Below, piece by piece: positions 43,322 through 55,282 of a DNA stretch of 64,000 nucleotides. The notes under the pieces are model-generated. The model did not search any database, was not told the origin of the DNA, and worked only from the letters and a program-made list of their open reading frames with translations. The DNA is taken from positions 17,546,001 to 17,610,000 of the forward strand of contig OX597830.1 in assembly GCA_951406725.2 (NCBI GenBank), read 5' to 3'. Numbering within the stretch: the stretch's first letter is position 1; every line of letters starts with the position of its first letter. This DNA is from Octopus vulgaris (Eukaryota). The translations under genes were made by a program, and so were the position numbers.

Positions 43322-43889
43322 TTGGGTTGTCTGGAAAGTTCGTGCCGATTTATAGTAGCTTACCTTTCGACTTATTTTAGAACATCGTTGAGTCCATAAA
43401 ATAGGATTTGACTACACCTCCATTTAGAGCACAGTTTAAGATATCTTTTCGTGGAAGAAGGTTTATGTTTCTATAACCTGTGTTAATTCCGTAACCCTTT
43501 AAAATGGAAGATAAGAAAGTTCGTTTACGGTAGTTGATGCTTTGGGAACCAGACAAAAATTGCTGCAGGTCGGCTGGGATGTGTTCTCCCCACCCTCCAT
43601 ATTCACCAGATATTGCTCCTTCGGATTTCCACTTATTCAGGTCTCTGCAGAATAGTCTTAATGGTAAAAATTTCAATTCCTTGGATGACGTAAACAAGAT
43701 ACCTTGATGAATTCTTTGCCATGAAACCACCTCAATTCTGGGAAGAGGGTATTTTCAAGTTAAAGGAAAGATGGAGACGCATTGTGCAACAAAATGGTTC
43801 ATATTAGGTTGATTAAAAATGTTATGGCAAGTATTTATTGACCATTTCCTTTCCTTTAAAAATCGGCACGAACTTTCAGAACAACCCAA
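43322..43889 (+). mobile_element. Internally deleted mariner element
   Basis: ~30-bp TIRs TTGGGTTGTCTGGAAAGTTCGTGCCGATTT, TA duplication on both sides, N-terminal MEDKKVRLR joined to C-terminal PHPPYSPDIAPSDFHLFRSL. Confidence 0.92.
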
Positions 43890-44657
43890 TACTTAGACAT
43901 TAACACATTCATACATACACATACACACACAATATTAACCCCCCACCCCACCGAGATATCATCCCACACACAAATATTGCCACGTCGCGCACATGCTTAT
44001 TCACTCACACACAAAAGAAACTCTTTCATAAACTTATACGAATTCTTTCAAACTTACATTCATCCGTACAGAGAAAAAAAAATTCCATTACACGCGTTCA
44101 CAAAAACTCTCAGTCACAAATATAAATACACCCACTCACACACTCGCACATACATACACGCACGCACACAGTATCTCTCCCACAAACACACACGTAATTT
44201 CTCTCACATGGACATTCACGCCTATACGCACGCAAATACTATTGCACATGCACACACATACATATAACGGCACACCACCCCACAAACATTCACCACCGCA
44301 AAACAATAAGCCTCTTTATATCATTAATACGTGCCAACGCATGCTAACAAATAACATTTCAACCTCATTTATTGCCACATGCTTCATTACTCTCCCCTCC
44401 TCCTCCCCTTCCACTCATTATCCTCCCCCACTTAATAATTTACTACCTCCTCCTACTCTTATGCTGTCTTCATCCCGCCCTCGCAAACCACGTGATATAA
44501 TCCAGCCAATACAATAAAACAACTTAAGGTGCCATTTTTTTCTTGTTACTAATTAAATGTTTATTGTTCTTTTACGTATTGTTATTTTTAATGGGATAGC
44601 AGAAATAGATGTTTGTGTGTAGGTTTGTATGTATGATGTACGTACGCATGGTGTATG

Positions 44658-44726
<69 letters not shown>

Positions 44727-44743
44727 CACTCCTGTCACAACAT

Positions 44744-44787
44744 GGGACCTTGAAGACTGCTTTAATGCAAGAAAGTACACTAGTCCC
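44744..44787 (+). ncRNA. Variant minimal hammerhead-like motif
   Basis: gggac-CUUGAAGA-c(ugc uuuaau gca)a-GAAA-gu ac ac-UA-guccc: perfect 5-bp helix I, but one extra nucleotide in the core. Confidence 0.45.
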
Positions 44788-44950
44788 TTAATGTTTTATA
44801 TTCAATATTTCATCTATTCAATAAGACATTCAATACTTCATTTCATTTTACACTATATATATTATTAATCCTATATATTCTATATTTTACATTATTATTA
44901 TAAAGAATACAAATATAACATAAAAAACACAGTTGGAATTCCTTTGAATA

Positions 44951-44982
<32 letters not shown>

Positions 44983-45049
44983 TTGTGAAAGTGCGTTCAC
45001 AAACATACATACAAATCTTCACAAACTTACACACATACATGCACTTTCA

Positions 45050-45152
<103 letters not shown>

Positions 45153-45469
45153 GTATGTATATGGGACACACACGCACTTTCACAAACATTCATACAAATC
45201 CTCCCAAACTTACACACATACATGCATACGTACATAATCCATATATTCGACTGTCGTGACTTTAAGTTTCACGTTGAGACGATCAGCGAGGCTCAAAGGC
45301 AATGGATACTGAATAAATATAGGATTACTCTGCAGTATGTATTGAGTACCTTTATTCTCGTTCATGATAACGTATGTGTGACTATGTATGTATGTATGTA
45401 TGTATGTATGTATGTATGTATGTATGTATGTATGTATTAAGAAGATAAAGGGAGGAAAAGAACAAAAAT

Positions 45470-45735
45470 TTCACAGCGAGAATGCTCTTCTCAGCGTGTG
45501 TGTCGTATTAGTTAAGACGATCTTTTGCACTTCCTGCATTATTGGTAAGCTAGGGATCATTCTTAAATAATTTTCAGTTCCTTTTTTTTGATCATTCCAA
45601 TTTCTCCTACAATAACTGGTATTGCAACCGTCTTGAGATGCCACATCTTTTCGATTTCGATTAGCAAATCTTTATATCTTCCGAGCATATCAAATTCTTT
45701 TGCCGAGATTTTAGGGTCACAAGGTATACCCATGT
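45470..45735 (-). pseudogene. R4/Dong RLE C-terminal fragment
   Basis: YKDLLIEIEKMWHLKTVAIPVIVG...EVQKIVL. Confidence 0.75.
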
Positions 45736-45756
45736 GATTATAATTATTATTATTAT

Positions 45757-45950
45757 TACTCTCTTTACTCTTTTACTTGCTTCAGTCATTTGACTGCGGC
45801 CATGCTGGAGCACCACCTTTAGTCGAGCAAATCGACCCCGGGACTTATTCTTTGTAAGCCCAGTACTTATTCTATCGGTCTCTTTTGCCGAACCGCTAAG
45901 TGACGGGGACGTAAACACACCAGCATCGGTGGTCAAGCAATGCTAGGGGA

Positions 45951-46016
<66 letters not shown>

Positions 46017-46176
46017 GTTATATACGACAGGCTTCTTTCAGTTTCCGTCTACCAAATCCACTCACAAGGCATTGGTCTGCCCGGGGCTATAGCAGAAGAC
46101 ACTTGCCCAAGGTGCCACGCAGTGGGACTGAACCCGGAACCATGTGGTTGGTTGGCAAGCTACTTACCACACAGCC

Positions 46177-46180
<4 letters not shown>
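45757..46180 (-). mobile_element. SINE family B
   Basis: Near-consensus reverse complement with internal (CA)n. Confidence 0.92.
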
Positions 46181-46248
<68 letters not shown>

Positions 46249-46342
46249 CATTATTATTATTATCATCATCATCATCATCATCATAATAATCATCATCAAC
46301 CTCATCATCATCCTCATCATCATCATTACCATCCTCCTCCTC

Positions 46343-46427
<85 letters not shown>

Positions 46428-46659
46428 CTTCCGACGCCGTTAGACGTACGTGAATCAGCTCCGTGAATTTGACACCAATTTCATTGGAAATCTATTAATA
46501 GGTTTGAATATTTTTTAATATTTCTGTAGCCAAACCGACCGGCTTCTTGCGGAGCTCGTCGGTTGGGCGAAATTTTGCCCCATTCGGGGTGAAATTGCGT
46601 TTGAAAATTTTGAACATTTGACATTTTTCAACATTTTGAATATTACAACAAGAAAAAAC

Positions 46660-47683
46660 ATGGCTATGAAGCGAACAGTTGGCTGTTCCTTCCTTCAAAA
46701 TACACTCCCTCCGCAAACACGCACAACTCGTACAAAACACCCACTTCACGCCTTAAAAGGCAACAAAGATTCTCCTTCCGAACCGCAGAGCACGCGCTCG
46801 GTTCAAAAGGAAAATGCAAGTCATGACGTCGCGTTCGACGTAATTCTTGATTTTCCCCCTCTGCCTTCACCCAATGCTTTGGTAAGGAAGGAGGAGGGAG
46901 AAAAAACAAATACAAAAATCATCACAAACATTGACACGGAGATAAAAGAAAAAACTTCCAACAATTTTGCTTCTGCTGCGAAGCAAATTTCGGAGGAAGT
47001 TAAGATAACTCTAGAAGATGTGAAAAGAGCGAAGGAATTGTTAAGGAAGGATGGCAATGGTATCTTCCTCAATACTCCAGAAGAGGTGATTGAAAGCACC
47101 AACAAGCAAACAATAATTTACAAAGTTTTCGACAGAAAACTAAAAAGAATAACAAATGCCACACCCCAACAGTTGGAGATAGCTCTAAAGCCCATTTGGG
47201 CCCAAAAGAGCTACGTAACCAAGGGGAAGCGTTTTGGAACCGTGGAGGTTCGCTTCCCAACAGAGGAGCTGGCAAGGGCGAACGCCATTTCGCCCTTGCA
47301 AACTGAGAATTTGTTACTAATTCCAACCCACCTCGGGCGAAGAGTTACAAAAATAAAAATCGACCTCGTCCCCCCTGAATTAAATATGTCATGGCTGGTG
47401 GCAGCTGTCCTCTATGATATAGAGGACACTACCACCATTCTAGATGTCAGGAGAGTGAGGGCGAAAAACTGGTTGGGGATGGGAGTGCTGCTTCTTGCGC
47501 AAATTCAGCAAGAGAATATAAGTAAAGTCCCTGATTTCGTAAGTTTGCCGGACGGCACTAGGCTAAACGTTGCTGTGGAGGGGCGAAAGCCAAAATGCTT
47601 TCTCTGCAGCAGCGAAAGCCACTTAAAGAGGGACTGTCCCATTCACAAAAAGAGGATGGAGGCTTTCAGCAAGAGGCAGCAGC

Positions 47684-47729
<46 letters not shown>

Positions 47730-48600
47730 CAAGCAACAACAACAGAAACAACAAAAACAGCAAGAAACACCAAAGGCTGCCACACCACCAACACCATCAC
47801 CAACACCAGCACCAAGACGAGCAACACCACCTCCAACAACAACAACCACCACCAAACCAACACCGACAACCACCACCAAACCAACACCGACACCAGTACC
47901 TCGAAGGTCGACAGCAGCGACATCAACAGTAACAGGAGCAGCGGCACCACCGATACCGGTGGAACCAGAAACTTTTCGTCCTGCTACTGAAGCAGACCCC
48001 TCAACCATTCCTTTGCCGGATGAAGAGATCTCGGATTGTGCGAGCTCTGATTCCAACAAAGGAGAATGGAGTATAGTGCCTCCAAAGAAGAAAAGGAGGA
48101 AGAAACAAAAAGATTTACAGGGGAAGCACGAACAAATAGTGCTTCCCAACATCAACAACAACAACAACAACAACACACACTCACAACAACAAACAACAAC
48201 AACACTTTCGACACCACTACTGCCACTGCCACACACACAAACACACACAGACACAATTACATCAATAAACACAAAGAACCAAAAACTAGTGGAGTACTTA
48301 AAAAACAAAACTAGTACAAATATAACCGATTTCATCATACCAACACAAAACACACCACCAGCACACATTCTCACAATAAAAATAAATGCAAAATCATATG
48401 ATGAAATCAAACAAATATTCCCTAACGATGTGGGATCGCTAGGAAAAGTTTCTCGAAGAAACTTTATAAAAACATTGTGGAAGCACCCGTGCAAAAGCAC
48501 AAGGGAGCCACCCCCACCACCAACAACAGTAAGTAGAGCCTTTTTTTCTCCTTTTTCCCCCTACTTTGAGACATGGCAAATCTTAGAATCGGTTGCTTGA
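46660..48600 (+). CDS. LINE ORF1 protein (646 aa from the first ATG) with RRM-like region and CCHC knuckle
   Basis: KGKRFGTVEVRF; CFLCSSESHLKRDC (CX2CX4HX4C); polyQ and Pro/Thr-rich tail; NLS-like PPKKKRRKK. Confidence 0.88.
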
Positions 48601-51434
48601 ATGTGAGAGGCCTCGGGTCACCTTGGAAACAGGGTCACCTGTTAAACGACCTGAGGTTTCATGATGTGGATGTAGCAGCCATCAGTGAAACCAGGCTCTC
48701 CGACCCGCAGGAACTCGCAGCCCTTTTCGGCGGATACGAGATATTTCTATCTCCGTGTCGGCCGGGAGCGGGCGGTGGTGGTACTGCGGTGTTGTTTCGG
48801 AAGGGCCTGGACCTGAAAATAAGGACAGTCTTCTTGGATCCGGAAGGTAAGTTGGTGGTCCTCGACGTCGACGGTAGTGACGGCGGTGCTTTCAGACTGC
48901 TGGCTGCCTACGCTCCGACAGGAGCAGGGCAGTCGGATTATTTCAAACGTCTGGAAGTTTTCCTGGGAACGTCACGCACTCTAGTACTAGTTGGGGATTG
49001 GAACGCTGTCTTAGACGAACGTTTCGATCGGGTGGGCAGGGGAGCGTCTGTTAGGAGAGGGGGAGGGTGCAAGAGCCTCGCCAACCTACTCGGCCGCTTT
49101 CAGCTGTCCGACAGGTTTCGACTAGACAACCCGAATGTGCCAATGTGGACTTGGACAAACCGCATCGGGTCGTCTAGATCGTACTTAGATAGAGTGTTTT
49201 GTAGGCCAGCGGATAAGGACAGCGTAGGGTGTCCACAATTCCACCTAGTCGAATATACGGACCACAAATTAGTGATCTGTACGGTCGACTTAGATAGGCT
49301 ACATAGACAGGGACCCGGCTACTGGAAGCTGAACGCGTCGTTAACGGCGTGCAAAGCTTACAGAGACCGGATTAGTTTACTAGTTAAGCGGGCGCTCACG
49401 GGGGCAATCATCAACAACAACTGGTGGTTTGCCCTCAAGAGAGCAATTAGAGTAGAGTCGATTAGGTATAGTAAGACTCTAGCTATTGAACGTAGGAAGA
49501 GAGAGCGGGATTTAGTTAAGAAACTAGACGAGGCTCTTGACACTGGCATCGCGACTGACGTGTTGGCGGCAAGGTTGGCCCTCGACCAACACTTCGACGC
49601 CAAACACGAAGGCTGCGTTGTCAGAGCTAAGGCACGTTCGCTAAACGGGGAGGGGACTAGAGCCGCTCGATGGGCCCGCGTGGCGGAGGCGAAGCGAGGC
49701 AACAAAGCAACCATTCGGTCTTTGGTGGACCAGAACGGGCGTGAGGTTACCCAACCGAAGCAGATGTGTACGGTGCTTCAGCGGCACTTTGCTCAACTGT
49801 TTGGGACGAGCGGTGGAACGGACACCAACGGTACAGACTTCGGTGTGTACCTGGACGGACTGCCGCAACTCTCGGACAGCGAGGCGGAGTGCTGCGAAGG
49901 ACCGATATCTGCCTGGGAAGTACAGGAAGCGATGAAGAGTTGCACGAGAGGTAGATCGCCGGGTTTGGATGGTCTGCCCTACGAGCTTTACTTTTCGATG
50001 CCAGACTTGTTTGCGGACCTGTTGGCAAACGTCTACTGCAACTGGCAGCAAAACGGGAGAATTCCTGCTTTTGTCTGTCGAGGGGTGGTGGCTTTGCTAA
50101 AGAAGGACCCAAACAAGGGGGACGTTATAGGGAATTTCCGGCCCATCACTCTGCTCAATGCAGAGTTGAAGATTTTGGCCAAGGTGCTAGCCAAGAGATT
50201 GGCGCTTGTCGTGGACAAGCTGGTCGGCGGGACGCAGACATGCGCCGTGCCGACCAGGTCGATACACGACAACCTCCATCTCATGCGCTACATCATAGAG
50301 AGGGTGGGTAACGACGCTGGCGCGGGTGGGGCTTTGATCAACTTGGATCAGAGTAAAGCCTTCGATAGGGTCGACCATCAGTACCTGGCAGCTGTCCTCA
50401 AGGCAGCCGGCTTCGGTCCAGTCTTCCGCGGGTGGATCGCTGCTTTATACAGCAACATCTGCTCGGTGATACGGGTGAACGGTCACCTTTCGGAACCGTT
50501 CGACATCTCGCGTTCGGTCCGCCAGGGATGCCCTCTCTCCTCCCTCTTGTACATTTTGACTCTCGAGCCATTACTGCGCAAGTTGGAGGCTTTGAGGGGC
50601 ATCCCGCGCGATCTAGGAGGCGGAAACAGCGTGTCTGCTTATGCCGACGACGTCACCGTGGTGGTGTCGAGCCACAGGCACATTAGCCTGATTGGCGAGA
50701 CGCTAAACCAGTACGAAGCGGTGACAGGGGCAAAGATTAACGCGGAAAAGTCTGTGGGCTTGCAACTGGGCACCTGGAGAGGCAAGCCCATGCCGTCCAA
50801 CAGCGTCGTAGGGCGCTGGACAGACGGACCCGTTAAACTGCTCGGGGTCTGGTTCGGTCCGGACCTACAGGTGGATAAGAACTGGGAAGAGGTGACGAGC
50901 AGAGTGGCACGTCTCACCCAGAAATGGGCCGAGAGGAAGCTGTCCCTGAAAGGTCGAGCGGAGGTGGCGAATGCGTACATCGCATCCGTCATCTATTACC
51001 GCTTGACCGTCGTCCCTTGTCCCAACCGCTGGTTGGCCAAGCTGGTACGTCTGCTCTTCGACTTTTTGTGGAAGGGTCAGGTGCCACTGGTCAGGCGATC
51101 CATCTGCTGTCAACGACCGCTGAACGGAGGCCTTGGAATGCCGTGGTTGCTGTTGCGCAGACATGCGCTCAGGCTGCGGCATCTCAAGCGCTTCCTAGAC
51201 GGTGAACAGGTGTGGTCGTCTTTTGTCAGACGCGATTTTCCGCAGCTCGTCTCTTTGACGGAGCTGCAGACCTGGATCAAACGTAGACCGAGAAAGGGCG
51301 CTTGGCACCTCGAGTGCCGTCAAGCCCTCTCCGCCCTCCACCAGGCGGGCAATGCGGTCGGTTACAGCTCCACTCTAGCGTTCTATAGAGGGTTAGTGGA
51401 GGAAAATGCGACGACGTTCTCGGGGAAACTCTAG
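48573..51434 (+). CDS. LINE ORF2: APE endonuclease and reverse transcriptase
   Basis: CLNVRGL, ISET, GDWN, SYLDR, TDH; WKLN; SPGLDGL; NFRPITLLN; LDQSKAFD; VRQGCPLS; YADD. Confidence 0.96.
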   Translation: MANLRIGCLNVRGLGSPWKQGHLLNDLRFHDVDVAAISETRLSDPQELAALFGGYEIFLSPCRPGAGGGGTAVLFRKGLDLKIRTVFLDPEGKLVVLDVDGSDGGAFRLLAAYAPTGAGQSDYFKRLEVFLGTSRTLVLVGDWNAVLDERFDRVGRGASVRRGGGCKSLANLLGRFQLSDRFRLDNPNVPMWTWTNRIGSSRSYLDRVFCRPADKDSVGCPQFHLVEYTDHKLVICTVDLDRLHRQGPGYWKLNASLTACKAYRDRISLLVKRALTGAIINNNWWFALKRAIRVESIRYSKTLAIERRKRERDLVKKLDEALDTGIATDVLAARLALDQHFDAKHEGCVVRAKARSLNGEGTRAARWARVAEAKRGNKATIRSLVDQNGREVTQPKQMCTVLQRHFAQLFGTSGGTDTNGTDFGVYLDGLPQLSDSEAECCEGPISAWEVQEAMKSCTRGRSPGLDGLPYELYFSMPDLFADLLANVYCNWQQNGRIPAFVCRGVVALLKKDPNKGDVIGNFRPITLLNAELKILAKVLAKRLALVVDKLVGGTQTCAVPTRSIHDNLHLMRYIIERVGNDAGAGGALINLDQSKAFDRVDHQYLAAVLKAAGFGPVFRGWIAALYSNICSVIRVNGHLSEPFDISRSVRQGCPLSSLLYILTLEPLLRKLEALRGIPRDLGGGNSVSAYADDVTVVVSSHRHISLIGETLNQYEAVTGAKINAEKSVGLQLGTWRGKPMPSNSVVGRWTDGPVKLLGVWFGPDLQVDKNWEEVTSRVARLTQKWAERKLSLKGRAEVANAYIASVIYYRLTVVPCPNRWLAKLVRLLFDFLWKGQVPLVRRSICCQRPLNGGLGMPWLLLRRHALRLRHLKRFLDGEQVWSSFVRRDFPQLVSLTELQTWIKRRPRKGAWHLECRQALSALHQAGNAVGYSSTLAFYRGLVEENATTFSGKL

Positions 51435-52006
51435 GCGTTGAAGACGACGAACTGAGCAGTCTGTTCGGGAGGACTTTCGGGCCGGGGCCGATGGATAATT
51501 TCCAGAGGTCTCTCGCCTGGCAGTGCTACCGAGGGGCTCTGCCTGTTCGAGATAAACTCTACCGGCACGGAAGTGCCGTCAGCCGGGCCTGCCCGAGGTG
51601 TTGCCAGGACGACGAAACCGTTCTGCACGCACTCGTCCAGTGCCCGAGTATTGCTGAAATATGGGTTTATGTCGAACAGCTACTGTCACGTGTGGGACGG
51701 ATCCGACTATCGGCCGAATCCATAGTGAAGATTGCCCCGCCGACCTCCTTTAACAAGGAGGGCGAGGCCGTTTTCTTGTGCCTAGTGGCTGTGGCGAAAG
51801 AGGTCGTGTGGTGGACTCGTTTAAAAGGGCTAAAGACAGACACTTTCCTCTTTGGTCAAGGCCTCATCAACTTTTTCAAGTTTCACTTGAAAAGGAAGAT
51901 GAGGTTAGAGAGGAAGGTGCTGTCCGATAGCAAGTTTTATGAAAGGTGGGTGAATTGTGCGAGACTGGCCTGTATAAATGGACCAGTTCTCAGGTTTCGC
52001 CTGTGA
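51400..52006 (+). CDS. ORF2 C-terminus after the frameshift, including the zinc finger
   Basis: Frame is open from ~51400 (KCDDVLGETLG...) into ORF 51491-52006, which contains CPRCCQDDETVLHALVQC. Confidence 0.88.
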
Positions 52007-52288
52007 TTTCAAAGAAAAAGGTAATGTAAAAGGAGAAGAAAGGGGACTCTCTACACCCCCTTTTTTTGACCAGGCTCCCGTTGGCTTTTGTAGGGTTTTT
52101 TCCACCGGGAACATTTCGAGACGTCTCCCCCTTTTGGGAGTTTTTCATTGTTTTAATAATCATTGTTTTAAAGTTTTTTTTACACGGATTTTTTAATAAA
52201 CGGACAAAACCCTTTGTAACCTTTCGTCCTGTCCTGTCCCTTTATGTAATCATGCGTGTCAGCCCTTGTGGCCAATAAAAAAGAATTG

Positions 52289-53950
52289 ATTATTATTATT
52301 ATTATTATTATGTGATGAAAATTCACAGCTTATTTTGCTGGGTATGATGGAAAGTGTCAGCTGTCCACACCCAGCAGACTAAGGTGACACTTGTTTACTA
52401 GTCATGCTTCAAGAACCCTGCGAAGAATTCTTGCAGTTCCAAGCAATGCTGTTATTTGTTTGTGTTCCACTTTCACACTTGCACCAATTTTTTTTTGCAG
52501 CCATGCTGGTAGTTGAGTGCTGATCATTCCGAGTATCACGTCTACCCTCCTCATTGACCTCAACCTTCGTATTTCCCACTTCAAATCGTCATAGTTAATT
52601 TTTCCTTCTTCGTTCACATTGATCCTGTTGTCACCGAGACATGCTATGTCGGTTATCATGCACGTTCTTTCTTTTTTATTTACCACAACCATGTCCGGTT
52701 TCCGAAGTCTGGTGAGGAGATCTCGCTGGGTTATTGCATCCCACAGGATTTTGCGATTCTCATTCTAGGTGACTTCTTCTGGGGTTTGCTCATACCACGT
52801 CTTCGCTCTTTGTAGGCCGTGGTTCCCACAGAGCTCCCAATGGATCATTCTTTCCACATTGCCATGGTGTCTTTTATATTAGCGTTGTGCCAGTTTCGGG
52901 CATTCGCTAACGATGTGGCATACCGACACTTTCTGCATTTGTCGCTGTCGGTAGTGTTGTCTATTCTGCACTTCATATAATTGGTCCTTAACGCTTGTTC
53001 TTGAGCTGCGCATACGAGTGCTTCTGTCTCTATCTTCAGGTTACTCCTCCTCATCCATAGCCACTGATTATCTGTATCCGTCTTGGTGTTCACATCTCTT
53101 GCAAACTGACCGTACATGTTTTTCCTTCCATGCTTTTTCTTTTTTGTGTGTGTTTATTTCTTGTTCAAATTTTTCTTTTATAATACAATTTTCAGTTTTG
53201 ATGACGACGGCCTTCTTCGTATGTTTCAACAATGGCTCCGCAGCATTTTTTATATACCACCCTGAGCTATTTTCCACTGCTTCGATACAGTCTTGGCAAG
53301 TGTTCAAAACTCTCCCACCCTTTCTTCTAACAAGTACAGCCTATCGGTGTCACTCTTAGAGTGGAAGGCTCCGTGTATTGTCAACATTTTTCTGGTCTTG
53401 CTATACATTTTCATCACGTCTCTCTTTTGCCATTTTGTAATTCCCGTTCCATACCAAAGTGAAACTATCGACCACGTATTAGCTGCTTGGATTTTATTCA
53501 ATCCAGTCAATTTTAAGCTCAACACCAGCCTTAGTCTTCAGAAATATTCCATCCTCTGTTGCTCTTTCCTTTCCTTCTCCATTATCTCGTTAAACCCTAG
53601 TACACCAAAGTATTTGTAACCTTCCGTCTCAATTTGTGTAAACAAGTCTTAATTCGGTAATTCTATCCCGCTAGGTACTGAACCTTGCCTCTTTTTAGAG
53701 AGATTATTCTGCACTTTTTGAGTCCAAATTCCATTCTAATGTCAGTACTAAAATAGTGGATCGTATTTATCAAGGAACCCACTTGTGTCTTATCCTTGCC
53801 ATACAGTTTTAAATCATTCATGAAGAGGATGTTGTTGAATGTTTGGGATTCTTCCTTTAATTGATACCCCAGGTTCATTTTCTTAAGTACCAAGGTCAGG
53901 GGTAACATGCTCAGAACAAAAAGCAACGGAGATAAGCTATCACTCTGGAA
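52289..53950 (-). pseudogene. R4/Dong-clade LINE, RT to RLE and 3' UTR ending in (TAA)n
   Basis: DSLSPLLFVL, LFMNDLKLYG, MYGQF, TEALVCAAQEQAL, CRKC, KPDMVVV...DIAC, ALLGTARILRRVL. Confidence 0.9.
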
Positions 53951-53999
53951 GCTTCGGTGATTCGATGCCAGTCAAACCCGTAACTCTCGTGCCTTGCCC

Positions 54000-54470
54000 C
54001 TTCGAAGACGCATTTCTTTCAGTTTCCTGTGAACAATTGTATACCAGGCGTTGCTTGGCTCCAAGTGGTGTCCATCTGCCACCTTTGGGCTCATGTCTTA
54101 GTCACTTCTGAATGTATGGCCTAACCATATATGCAGCCGCTGTTTTCATTCCAAATCCCAAACTATTGTAACTAGTTTTGCAGTGCAGTTCCTCTTTTGA
54201 CTCTTTGTTGTATCAAGGTGACAAGTTTTCAAGTTTTATTCAAACATCCATTGTTTGAAACCATTTTGCAAAAACCATTGATCTTATTCAATACATGTTT
54301 CCTTTAATTACCATGGAGAATTCTGAACAGATTTGATATTGCTCTTACAGAGATCTGCCTTATTGACATCACTGTATTAACTAGATTTCTAAATAGTCTG
54401 AAGTCATTTGAATATGTCCATTTTTGCACAGTTGACTTTGTCGATAAGATTTCCGAGATTAGAAATACTT
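54000..54470 (-). pseudogene. Very degenerate RTE-like RT C-terminal remnant
   Basis: KQRLHIWLGHTFR resembles the RTE RRLRWLGHV motif; otherwise heavily decayed. Confidence 0.35.
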
Positions 54471-54507
54471 CACATTGTCTAGTCGCTCATTGCTATCTGG
54501 GGTGGAT

Positions 54508-54807
54508 GTTTGTTCCTTCTCGAGTCATGCCTGGCTCATAAGGGCCGGTTTCCCGGTTTCCTTGGCGTATAGGTCCCCACCTGGACGGGACACCGGTCCG
54601 TCGCAGGTGAGCTGCAAGATGCAGGAGGAAAGAGTGAAAGAAAGTTGTGGCGAAAGAGTCAGCAGAAGTTCGCCATTACATTCTGCCGGACCCGCGTGGA
54701 GCTCAGGTGTTTCGCTCATAAACACACACATCGCCCGGTCTGAGATTCGAACTCGCGACCCCCGACCGCGAGTCCGCTGCGTTAACCACTAGGCCTTGTG
54801 CATCCAC
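54508..54807 (-). mobile_element. SINE with family C-like head and V-domain-like tail
   Basis: tRNA head; minus strand CCTGCGACGGACCGGTGTCCCGTCCAGG resembles the V-SINE domain; imperfect TSD ATCT(G/A)GG(G/A)TGGATG. Confidence 0.8.
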
Positions 54808-54966
54808 CATCTAGGATGGATGCAGTGCTCTTACTCTATTTATGTACGTGACGTGTTTTTTTTTCTCAGGTGTCTGAAGAACGTAAATGAGAAACGACGT
54901 GCAGCGGCTCTGGCAGACTTGAAACCCTGTTGCTGTTGATAAATATGAAATAACAAAGATATACTT

Positions 54967-55282
54967 GTCTGGGCGTTGTGAGTGTTTATTAAGCGAAAAC
55001 ACCTAAAGCTCCACGAGTCTCCGGCAGGGGATGGTGGTGATCCCTGCTGTACTCTGTCACCACAACTCTCTCTCACTCTTACTTCCTGGTTCTGTTGTAC
55101 CTGTATTTCAAAGGGCCGGCCTTGTCACTCTCTGTGTCACGCTGAATATCCCCGAGAACTACGTTAAGGGTACACGTGTCTGTGGAGTGCTCAGCCACTT
55201 ACACGTTAATTTCACGAGAAGGCTGTTCCGTTGATTCGGATCAACCGGAACCCTCGTCGTCGTAACCGACGGAGTGCTTCCA
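54967..55282 (+). mobile_element. SINE family C, 5'-truncated
   Basis: Matches the reverse complement of 15903-16215. Confidence 0.9.

Larger units (their letters stand above)
46427..52288 (+). mobile_element. Near-intact L1/Tx1-clade LINE
   Basis: 5' UTR, ORF1, ORF2, T-rich 3' UTR with AATAAA at 52274-52279; (ATT)n on both flanks. Confidence 0.93.

Noticed and set aside
47643-48500. 285-aa antisense ORF inside LINE ORF1
   Set aside because: Explained by the C/A-rich low-complexity composition.
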